DNA of 59,952 nucleotides, counting the filler, from Sphacelaria rigidula (Eukaryota): NCBI GenBank assembly GCA_964200075.2. It is 6 parts of 6 records of this genome, joined end to end, with 100 filler letters (N's around TTAATTAATTAA, not from the genome) between each part and the next. Parts side by side here need not be neighbours in the genome. Positions count along the whole stretch, not along the records: positions 30,029 to 39,936 come from CAXNAA020007508.1; positions 40,037 to 49,944 come from CAXNAA020007509.1; 4 more parts are not named here. One strand, written 5' to 3'. How positions within the stretch are numbered: the stretch's first letter is position 1; the number at the start of each line of letters is the position of its first letter. The notes beneath the pieces are model-generated. The model was not told where the DNA came from, made no database searches, and saw only the letters and a list, made by a program, of their open reading frames with translations. Positions 37,601 through 48,547 of the stretch are shown in pieces. A program made the translations under genes and the position numbers.

Positions 37601-39639
37601 ATTGTTGCTGAGAAGCTGTGCTGTGGTCGTAGCTCGTGATGACAGATTTAAACAGAGGAAACATCCCGCTCCAGCAGCTCCCGGTATCGTATTGATGTAT
37701 TGATCCTGCCTCGGGTCGCAGTGACACGTTAGCCTCGGGTCGCAGTGACACGTTAGCTACGAAGTCAGTAGCTTGTCAATATCGTTCGCTTGTTTTGAAC
37801 GATGAAAGACAAGAAATTCCAATGTGGACGTAAAAACAAAGCTGCCGCACGTCGAGTGCTCCATGATTATGACTTCCATGTGTCGCTCTGTTAGGCGCTT
37901 AGGCCACGACTTGGTGTCCGAAGCCTTACTACTTGGTGTCCGGAGCCTTTCCAAAATCCTGTCGGGATCTCTTTCTCATCTGCCGCATCCCTTGCACCCA
38001 TGCTTGTCCACATGCTTCGTTTTTTCGTTCTGTTTCGAACGATCATCAAAGGCCCACATAACTCCTAACTTGGACGTAAGAGAATTTCTGCAATATATCT
38101 CCTTGCTTTATAATTATTCCTATACGTGTCGTTTATCGGTGCTTGTGTGTCATGGTTTCCCTTGTCCTGCCTTTGTCCTGCCTTACTCCAACAGGCGGCG
38201 GAAGCGTTGGTGATAACGGACCCCGAGGAGGTTTGGGTTTTCCATATTTTGTCAGATGACACGACTACCAGCGCGGTGTGGGCTGCGCAGCGCGTGCCAG
38301 ATGACCATGTGTCAGTCGTGGCTAACCAATTCATCATCAGGGAGGTACTGACGTACACTTGAGACACCACGGCAGGCAGAACGGTGTGTCACAAATCTTC
38401 GGCGTGGATGCATGAGTGCCATAACTTCCCCCATTGTCACCCCGGTCGGCGCTGCCAATAGCCGTCAGTTTTTCCGAGCTTTGACAAGTCATTCACAGCC
38501 TATTCAGCGCTTCCACAGTACTTGTTATGCTGCAGACAACATTCCGTTGTGCCACGTGCGGGTGGCTAGCTAACGTCAACTTTAGACATGCACCCCGATG
38601 CAGTGCTGAGTACGAGGCATGAAGCGCACTGGACGCATCTGCATGAGGCACGGCAATTGACACGCCGCTCATGAACCCCGTCTCTTTGGTATATATCAAA
38701 CAGAGCGCAAACGTTACCCCGCCGGTCGACCAGGCAACAGCGTATACTGTATCGTACTACTGCTCATCATACCACGCGTTTCTAGTACAAGTCCAGCTCT
38801 TACATGCTCACAGAGCAATAGAAAATCTCGGACAGCCCCATGTTGATTATGGTGAATGTGAAAGTTGCCGACTCTGTCCTTGTACACTTGGGTTTTTCCT
38901 CTTATGCAGATATACCCGGACGCTGATCCCGACGAGTTCATGTTTTCAGAGAATCTCTTCGAGGTGGCAGAGCGAAGCGGGGTTGGGTACCAGCGTGGCT
39001 CTGGCCATCCCCTCCATTTCACACTAGCCTTCAACTGCCGCGTTAGTGATTTCCCACACTACGCCTACACCACTCGGCGCCTGTGGTAAGTCTGTAAGCC
39101 ATCAAGGCGTTAGATATGCCTCAGTTTCATGAGCAGAGCGAGCTTGCTTCCTTCACCTTCCTGGATAAAACTCCTTGCCTTCATAACGATGCTCAAAAGC
39201 GCCGTTTTGTGATACACAAGAGCCCCCTTCATGTTGCACGATATTTCATTCGACAAAGGCTATCGCCAAGTGCGTTTTTCTGCAAGGGCGTCGACAGAAA
39301 TAGCTCCACCCATAATTCAATTCCGCCGGCGACTCTGTATTCTATATCATGACAATCTTGTGTGTGTGGGAGGGAACGGGGGGTACTCACATTTGTTGCT
39401 TGCCTGAATTCATCTGATCATTGACCACGCATCCCTTTCGAGACGGAGCACAATCGTGTGGGAGTGGATCGTGGATGGTGGGCGATGTTGTGTGGCAACG
39501 GACTTCGTGAATTGTGCACCTCAATCTGACGATAGTTCCGTTCTACGATGCGCAGGCGTGTGCTGGACGTCCTCGCCCCGAGCCTGGGACTTTCGCCCTA
39601 CACCGACTCTCTGGCCTTGGACTACCCGTTCTCCGCCAA
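31687..39639 (+). CDS. Peptidase family C69 (dipeptidase A/secernin-like Ntn cysteine hydrolase) with signal peptide; 3'-partial, 9 exons
   Basis: Phase-consistent exons 31687-31845, 34856-34958, 35385-35503, 36232-36288, 36898-37031, 37445-37535, 38195-38344, 38910-39085, 39556-39639. Motifs: hydrophobic leader then [102 protein letters not shown]. Confidence 0.92.
33405..33693 (-). mobile_element. tRNA-derived SINE (family copies at 42387-42780 and ~54400-54635)
   Basis: The minus-strand head ggctcggtggtgtaatggtt...ggattcgattccc has pol III A/B boxes but no proper cloverleaf; the body is shared with the other copies. Confidence 0.65.
35801..35968. mobile_element. Small palindromic MITE; second copy at 36495-36643
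   Basis: acaccttggacagtatatggtcaatag...ctgttgaccatatattgtccaggatgt. Confidence 0.8.
36495..36643. mobile_element. Second copy of the small palindromic MITE
   Basis: cacaccttggacaatatatggtcaatag...gatcatatactgtccaaggtgtg. Confidence 0.8.
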
Positions 39640-40795
39640 GTGAGCGCACATCGCAAGAGAGACGATAACGAAGGAAACCTTTCCTACGGGCTCCGAACTT
39701 CGTCCTTTGGTCGCGGAAATATTTTGTTGGGATCCATGCATCATTCAACGCATCGCTGCTATGGCTTGATTTGCTAGGCAGAAATAGCGGTTCCAGGTGA
39801 AGTTTCCTGGATACTTCGCGACCCAACGGTAGCATGACTTCTTGGCACGTGGTAAGTGTTATATATGCATCCAAACGCGATTGCTGCAGAATACGACTGA
39901 CCGCCCTCAGGCAGAGTTGTCGGCAACTGTTTTTCGNNNNNNNNNNNNNNNNNNNNNNNNNNNNNNNNNNNNNNNNNNNNTTAATTAATTAANNNNNNNN
40001 NNNNNNNNNNNNNNNNNNNNNNNNNNNNNNNNNNNNATCAACAGAGTGAAATAGCCCCACGCTATTTACTCTCCAAAGCGATCCACCTCAATCAAGCCTA
40101 TCAGCTTGTTATTGGTTTCTGCGTTAATAAGGAGCAAAATGTTTCATGTGTTTAATTTGAGTAATGCCCAGGTGAAGCGGCAAGTTCAACCATCTTTCTC
40201 TCTCGCACAAACAAGTGTTTAACCAACACTGTGCAGCCTCTGCGAGCTCTCTTGTCAGAACTGGGTTCACTTGGTGAACCGTGTTCCTGTCGAATTGACA
40301 GTCAAACGTTGTGTGTGATACACAAGCCACGATAGCCACATATGTCTTTCAACAGGTTTATCAGCTTCGCGTAACAACTGCAACGTCCCAATATGAAGTG
40401 TATACGTCGTCAATCTCACACAGCGTGGCCATGGTAACGTCGGAAATAAAGGATACATGCGACCACCTGTAATCGGTTGCGACAACTGCAGATCAACCTT
40501 TCGGTGAGGTGGCAGCGTCGATTCGGCAAAGAAATACTAATTCAAAACGAAGGAAACTCGACATTGTGCGAAAACAAGTATCGGCGAACATCAAACTTCC
40601 TGATGTTCGTCAAGCAGGAAATCATTTTCCAGTTTTGTGCATTACATGGCCAGAGGTACCCGGCATGGCTACATTTCGGCATATATTCTGAAAGGATTGA
40701 CGAGGTGAATTGCTGGCCGCTGGGGTTCGTATTGCAGCTGATCAGCCGTGCATGAACTCGAAACCTCCTCGCCAGACCAGGATTGAACAGCGTGG

Positions 40796-41004
40796 CCGCA
40801 TTCCTTCCTCAAGGCTCTGCTTCAATTGGCGGGGGGCGGGGGGCGTACTCATTTGTTGCTTGTCTCAGTCGTGTGACCATCGACCACGCATCCCTTTCGA
40901 GACGGAGCATGGTCAAAGGCCACACGACGAAGGCAAGCAACAAATGAGTACGCCCCCCCCCTCTGCCCCGCCTATTGAAACAGAGCCTTGAGGGAGGAAT
41001 GCGG
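40796..41004. repeat. ~210-bp inverted repeat built from two head-to-head family A termini plus inverted flanks
   Basis: ccgcattccttcctcaaggctctg...tcgacca [loop ~23 nt] tggtcaa...cagagccttgagggaggaatgcgg. Confidence 0.85.
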
Positions 41005-41414
41005 GGCGGACGGTTGCTGAGCAGCAACATTTTATGTTTTGAAACCGTCAAATCGGTGCGTTTTCAAGAGGGAGGGGGGTTCTAAGGCCCCGGACACACA
41101 GGGAGAAAGCAGGTAACAGCGGACACCGCTCAGAACCCCCCTGATAATTCTGTAGCGCCAGGTTGAGCACCAAACACGTGCTGTATGGTATGTCTGACAA
41201 ACGTATTGTACAAAGATGGAGTCCCCGACGCGTTGCCTATTTTACTTAATTTCAAGCCAGAATTAGAATGAGATGTCGACAGACGTACTCCGACTGCGTC
41301 CTAGAGACAAACGCAACCAAAAACAGTATGAGCAGGGGGGGAGATTTTGCTACTGTATGAAATCACATCAGTGCGGCAGGTCAACGGTGTAAGCAGACGA
41401 CCAAGTTTGTTTAC

Positions 41415-42190
41415 CGTGGTGGTGCTGTCAGCGCGGGTGCAAAAATATCCATCGAAATCAACCGCCGCATCAGCGCGGCGTGAGTACATCTTCGAAGGAT
41501 AGTTCCTAACTCTACGATTGGCCAACTGAAGTCTTATCCTTGAAAGTCCGACTGCTTGAAGCGGAGGTGGTGGAAGCTCTGTTGTACGGATGTGCCACAA
41601 GGACGTTACCTTCTGAGGACTTCGACAGTCTGCGCACTGCCCATCACAAGCTTCTGCCACGAGTGGTCGGATTCCGCAGGAAAGACCGCTCGGGCTACAA
41701 GCTAGAGTCTTCTCTTTTGTACAGAGCTGCACTCGAGAAGACCAACCGCAATCGTACCGAGACGACTAGCCGCAAGCGTCAACTCGGTTCGCGGGAGCCC
41801 TTGTTCGGCAGGCCGAAACATGCCTCCCCAAATGCATGATCATGAGTGCACCCCCCCCCCCAGATGCATAATCCACGGTCGGGTAGCCGCACAAGGACCA
41901 AAGGAGGCTGCCGCCCCTCCAACCACTGGGGGGCACCCTCCGCGAGAACCTAAGCACACGGGGCTCTTCCACGGAAATGAGCGCGACGGAAATGGTTCGT
42001 CTACGGTGCAGTGGTTGACGAAACACATGATTGGATCACTGCGGCGAAGGGCATGGGCAAATGGCATCTTGGAGTCGATAAGGCGGCGGAAGAGTTCGAG
42101 GACACGTGGCGACGCGAAGGCAAACGAGAATCGCACCGCCGCCGCAAACGAGAGGCTGCTGCGTTGATAGCCGCCCATCGGAGAACTGAC
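41415..42190 (+). mobile_element. 5'-truncated fragment of the same RTE-like LINE family
   Basis: Aligns by eye to ~46450-47170 (KVRLLEAEVVEALLYGCAT...LRTAHHKLL; AAKGMGKWHLGV). Confidence 0.85.
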
Positions 42191-43339
42191 CTCGCAAGCA
42201 CGCAAGGAACAACTCGCGAAGAATACAAGGTGAAATGATCAAAATAATGGCCCCCTGTATACCCGGCTAGGGATGAATGGGAGGAAATGGGCTAAACCGG
42301 AAGTAATATATCCCCGCCTTTCCTTGTCACTTGATGATTTTGTCCCGGTCAAGGTGCTGTGGTGCTCCCTGGTGTGTTTCATGTGGCGCACTTTGAACCC
42401 CTCCCTTTCCTCGGGACGAGTCCGTGATATCTAGGGATCAGCCCATCTCTCCCCGGCACACGCCTTGCATTCCGGTCTCGCTGATTGGATCAGCACTCCC
42501 GCTCCGCATCAGCTCTCGTCGAACAAAATCAGTCGACTACTTTTTGCTTACCCACGTACTCATGACTATCATGTGGCCACGGCTGGATCCCTGGGGGATC
42601 AATGGAGGTGCGACAATGAATCAAATTCGTCACATCACGCACAACACTTTCGAAGGTGAAAATCATGCTCCCGACGGTGGAAATCAAATAATTCGAACGA
42701 AAGAACCCAACGCATCGGGAATACAAACTATGCTTTCTCCACTTTAATGGTGACAGTCGGACTATTAGACCACAGGGGCGCGTCTTTTATACCTGGTCTA
42801 CCGTACTGTGTCCTCTGGGTTGCATCATTTCTGTAGTCTCCTTTTATGTTCTCTCTTCCTTACCCCATAGTTTCGTCTATTTGTGTGTTGCTCCAGGTGT
42901 ATGCAAGTAGCAGTTTGGTACCTCGCCTCCGTAGGGTTCATGGCCGATAATTTCACATCCAAAATAGTGAGGTCGAAATAGATGAGACACAATCTGTTCC
43001 CACGGCCTTTTTGTTTTACGATTAGGTACGAGTGTATTTTTCGCTCAAGACCTTTTCAACCGAAGTCATGTGGCAGAGGATGGCCGCAGCTTTTCCCCCT
43101 TTTTTCTTTTGCTTTTTCTCGTCATTGGCTTGTTCTGGTTCTTGTTTCCTCCGTTTTTCCTTCTTCATTTCCCTTCTGAGTCTACTCAACTATTCCGTGT
43201 CCTTCACTCTTCTTCAGCCAATGTTTCCACTTTGTTGTTATCTCGAGCACGCTTATCATGTGAACACAGCTGGATTCTTGAGGGATTGGTTGAAGAGCGA
43301 AATCAATAATAATCAAATTAGCAAAAAATACAGATATGA

Positions 43340-46300
43340 ACAGTGCTTCCCTTCTCTCCGACCGCCACCCGTCTGGGGTTGGTTGTGTCGGAGTAGGCTT
43401 ACCCCGCATCGACAACGCAACCCATAAGTAAGGAGGAGGGTAAGTTTACCTACTGGCTTGCCTGCGTTTCGTGTCAGTGGTGATGCAACACACAGTCTAG
43501 GTAGTGGGTCATGCCGGCAGTGCTAACGTCCGGGCTCAACCGTGCAGCTTCGGAATTCTACCTCAGAATGGGAACCGAATCGAGCCCCGCAGCTGCAGTT
43601 TTTTACCCGGCGTTGAGACGCTGTCACGGAAAGTACGTTGATGTTGATGAGACACGTGTGAGTAAGTATCAGATTCGGCGGACTGGAGATAGCGGCCGAC
43701 GCGGGATGGGAAAGCTGCACCCTTCCCGCGAGATCAACAAGCAAGGCAAGTACCGTGATAGACGTGCCAAAGGAAGATCGNNNNNNNNNNATCGGAAGAG
43801 AAACAAAAGCTCGCCCGTGAAAATAGGAAGCGGAACAGACCAAAAAGGAGAGCAGAGGAAAGAGGAAGATGCGTGAATATGAAGAAGGCTAAAGCTAGGT
43901 CGCGTGGTGGGAAGCTCAAAGTGACTACCTATAACGTCCGTACACTGTCCCTCACGGGAAAGAACGGAGCTCGCCATGCTGAGGTGGTCCTGCAAAAATG
44001 TCAGGCAGTCGGATGTGACATCATCGGGCGACAGGAAACGAGGAGACCAGGTCGATCCGAATTTTGTGCGTCCGGGTATCGTGTCTTCTGCTGCGGGTCA
44101 GAGGGGGGTAAGGGAAGGCTGGTCAACACGGGGTTGTGTTGGCGGTCAAGGAGTCGATAGTCAGCAAGGCGACGTGGAATCAGGCACTCATCAGCGAACG
44201 CCTCATGTCAATGACTTTCAACCTGGCGGGTAAATCAAATGCTGCTACGTTTGTAGTTGCATACACCCCGACGGGCACTCCGCAGTCAAGAGAAGAAAGA
44301 TGTGTTCTGGACTGAGTCAGACGGCATTATGGACCGTATCCCTGACAAACATCACGTGTTTATTTTAATGGACGCTAACGCGAGGACTGGAGTACGAACA
44401 GGCGAGGAGGAACGTGAAATTGTAGGAGCATACGGCCGAGACTCCCAATCCAACGACAGTAACGGCACATCCCCAATGCAATTTGCCGGCGACAACAGGC
44501 TTTCCCTGGTCAACACGTTATCTCCACCCCCAAGGGGAACACCTCGCGTAAGTTCAACGGTATTGCGAATCGCCCCGCGGACAAAACACGCATTGACCAC
44601 ATCATCACACAGCAAGATCACCGCAGGTTTGTTCGTAACGTCACCGTCCACCTTCAACCCCCCAACTCGCCGGACTCTGACCACAACATCGTGTGCGCCT
44701 CAGTGCGACTCCTTGATCGCTTCGCACGCAACAGACCTAGACGAATCCCGATTGGGCGTACACCGATCGACAGACGGGCAATAGTATCTGACCCCGACAG
44801 ACGCGAGAAGCTCATCCAGCTCATCATCAGCGAGCTCAAACAGAGTATGCCTGGTGATACCGTTAGTTCACTGGCTACGAACTTTGCTGACGTACTCTTG
44901 AGTGCCGCTGAAAAGGTGGTACCCCGTCTTACCCGAAAGCCACGCATACCGGGGTGGTTCGAGGATGCTAAAATCAGAACGGAATTCGAATAGACCTGGA
45001 TGGAGCGGCAAAGGGCGAGATCAACGGTAAGACTGGAACCATCTCAAGATGAACCCACCCGCATGGCGCACATTGCGAGCAGCATGCAAAATATCAAAGA
45101 GGTGATCCAAGTTGGGGTGGACAAATAGATGGATGTGTATGCTAGAGAATTAGAGTGGTATACTCGAGCGAGGGACATGAGAGGATGGTGCAGACATCTC
45201 AACGGAGGGTGGAGACTGTCTGGACGACCAATCGAGAGTGAACAGTGCATTCGAGAGGAGAACGGCAATTTACTCCGGGACAAAGGTTTGATCAGTGGGA
45301 GATGAGAACGGTACTTCTCTACATTGCTGAAGGCCATATCGGCGACTATCGACCGCACCGTCATCCAGAAGATTGCCCAACGACCGATAGCGCTGTCACT
45401 AGGAGACCCACCAAGCCCAAGTGAAACTGAGGAGGCTCTGAGAGCTATGTCGAACGGCAAAGCAATTGGTCCGGATGGTATTCCTGCTGAAACCCTGAAG
45501 CTTGGACTTAACGGGGAGGCGTCGGATATTCTGTACCACTTCCACAGCATCGCCTCTGCGGTTTGGACACCTGGCGAGGTGCCGCAAGAATGGAAACATG
45601 TTACCACCAAAGTGCTACACAAAAAACAGGATAGGACCCAGTGTAGTAACTACAGAGGCATTTCACGTGTGGCACATACTGCTAAAGTTCTCCTGAAAAT
45701 CGAACCCAACAGGCTCGGTGATTTTTGAGAGGAAACATATGCCTTCTCGGAAGGGCGGTGTGGATTCAGGCGCCAAAACTCCACCACAGACATGATGTTC
45801 GTGGTACGCCGACTCCAGGAGTTGGGACGGGCGAGCAACATCCCAATAAACATGTGCTTTATCGACCTGCAGAAAGCCTACGATTCCGTAGACCGCACGC
45901 TCCTGTGGGAAGTGCTTGCTCGGTTCGGAGTCCCGTCGCGAATGATCACGATCATCCGTATGTTCCACGATGACATGCAAGCTCGGGTACAGCTAGATAG
46001 TGGCGAAGTATAAGCGTGGTTCCACGTCTGCCAGGGACCCAGAGAAGCTTGCGTTTCGTCTCCGCTGTTGTTCAACATCTTCGGAGCAGGCTTGGTGGAA
46101 GTGGTTGTTCAGCGGTTTGCGGCGGACCCAGTCATCGTCTCAAACTTGATATTTCTAGATGATGCGCCAAAACGTGACGGGTGAACCCGTGGAAGGAACA
46201 ACGTTGGAAAAGGTGCGACGCGCGGCGTGGGCAATCAAATCCTTTATGCCGACGACGCTGGCATAGCCTCGAAGACCTCAGAAGGCTTTGCTCGAATGAT

Positions 46301-47632
46301 GGCCGTGATAGTGATGACCTGCCAGGAATTCGGCCTGATTGTCTCCGAGAGCAAGACAGAGTCCACGCGCCTTTGGTCAGTACTCAGTCCCACGGAGGCC
46401 GCCCTGGATATCGAAGCTGCGGGTCAAGGGTAAAGGTAGATGGGGGAGTTCATCTCTCTTGGTGGAGCTATCAGCGCTGATGCGAAAATGTCCATCGACA
46501 TCAAGCGCCCTACCAGCGCGGCGTGGGGGCGTATCCGAAAATATAGCTCCCAACTTTAAGACCGACCCAACGCCGAGCTATCTTTGGAAGTTCGACTGCT
46601 TAAAACGGGGGCGGTAGAAGCTCCATTGCATGGATGTGCCACATGAACGCTACGTTCTGAGTACCTCGATAGTCTGCGGACTGCCCATCACAAGCTCTTG
46701 CTGCGAGTGGTTGGATTCCGCAGGAAATATCAAAATGGCTACAAGACCCTTTCGTAGAGAGCGGTGCTTGAGATGACCAGCCGTGAACGTATCGAGACGA
46801 CTATCCGCAACCGTCAGCTCTGGTTGGCAGGAGCCCTTATCCGGTAGAAGGACACACGCCTTCCTAAGCGTGTCATAAACGGTCGGCTTTCCACACACAC
46901 ACACACACACGGTCGACCGCCCCCCAAGCAATGCGAGAACACCCTACAGGAGAACAAACATGCGCTAGGGACTGTCCCGCACAAAGGAGCCCGACGGGAG
47001 TGGTTCGTCCACGGTGTAGAGGTTAACGATGCATGCGACTGGGTCACTGCGACGAAGAGCATGGGCAAATGGCATATTGGAGTCGAAAAAGGAGCGGGAG
47101 AGTTTGAGGACACGTGGCGACGCGCGGACAAACGAGAATCAGACCGCCGTCACACACGAGAGGCTGCTGCGTCGAGGGCTGCCAATCGAAGTATCCTGTC
47201 TGCTCATATCGGTGGTTGATTATGTCCTTAGTCAGTGGCTTTGCGGTGCCCACTGGTGTGTGTCTGTATCTACTCTGCTGCCCTGAATCCCTCGGGCTTT
47301 TCCCTTCTTCTTTTTCACTCCATTTGTTGTGCTCTTTTCTTTTTCTTCTCTTTTCTTTTTTTTATTCTGGGTCGGCCATTCATATCCGTGCTTTGCTTTT
47401 GTTGAATGATGATGATGATGATGATGATGATGATGGTGATTGTTGTTGTTGTTGTTGTTGTTGTTGTTATTGACGTCTTAGTCTTCTATGTCGTTCTATT
47501 CGACGTCTTTCTGTCCCTTCTTTCCTTCAGCGAGTGTTTTAGTTTTGCTTTTCTTGGGTACGTCTATCATGCGACCACGGCTGGACCCCTGAGGGGTCAG
47601 TTAAAGTGCGACAATCAATCAATCAATCAATC
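43340..47632 (+). mobile_element. Near full-length degenerate non-LTR retrotransposon (RTE-like LINE): APE endonuclease plus reverse transcriptase
   Basis: APE motifs LKVTTYNVRTL, DIIG.QETR, MDANARTG, SDHNIV (~43910-44700); RT motifs KAIGPDGIPAE, NYRGIS, FIDLQKAYDSV, LYADD (~45450-46260); many stops and frameshifts; 3' UTR with (GAT)n/(GTT)n and an (AATC)n tail. The 5' boundary is approximate and there is a 10-N gap at 43781-43790. Confidence 0.9.
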
Positions 47633-48100
47633 AAATAAACTAGCAATGCCGACCACGGAAAGTGGCGCAGCCCTCTCAATTATCGCGTCGAGAACGACCT
47701 AAAAACATTGTACGAAAGGCTACATTCCAGGCCGTCAGTTCGCCTCGAGATCATAAGTGCGATACTGACATCATTGAGTCAAAAACACGCACAGTTATCA
47801 CTACACCCGATAGTAGGATACTAACAAGTTTTTCCTTCCCTGACGCTCGTCGAAGTACAAACTCAGTGTACGTACTCACCATCAGCATATCGATCGATAA
47901 TATGCCCTCATCGGCCTCGGATACTGTACACGTGTCGGTCTCCCTACGTGAGTCTGCGTATGAGCGCGGGAGGTTTACACCGGGACCCCCAGAGGCACAT
48001 CTGAAACCTGAAAGTAAGGATTACGAAGTAATCCTTCTTCGGAAATCGAAGGCTCTAGTACGCCTCTAGGACACCCATGTAGCTTAATTAGCCCTTAGGA

Positions 48101-48547
48101 CACTTCTTATGTGTAGAAAAAGCCGTGTTGAAAATTGCCTCTTCTGTCCTTTTCTGTCATTTTACGCCCGACAAAAAGTCTAGGCGAATATTGACACCTC
48201 GGAACAACTTGCTCTACTCGTTGAGACCGTTTCAGGGCTGGCATCTTAGCGCTTCCCGGTGGTCGGATGTTTCTTTTTGTCGAGCTCCCATTCTCCATAA
48301 CACACGGTGAAGTTATGAAAAAACAGGGTGGGAACAACCAGTGTTTTTATAAACTGAACGTTAGTGAACGTGAACAAAGAAGTGTTTCCACCGAGAAGCG
48401 TAAAGGATTCCTCGCATGGTCCCAACGGGCGGAGCAAGTCATTCCAAGGTGTCAACATCCGCCTAGCCTTTTTATCGGGCGTAAAACGACGGAGAACGAC
48501 CTAAACGGCAGTTTGCAACAAGTTTTCCATTCTACACATAAGAAGTG
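48101..48547. mobile_element. ~450-bp MITE with long imperfect TIRs
   Basis: cacttcttatgtgtagaa...ttctacacataagaagtg, with ~125 bp of imperfect arm complementarity. Confidence 0.8.
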
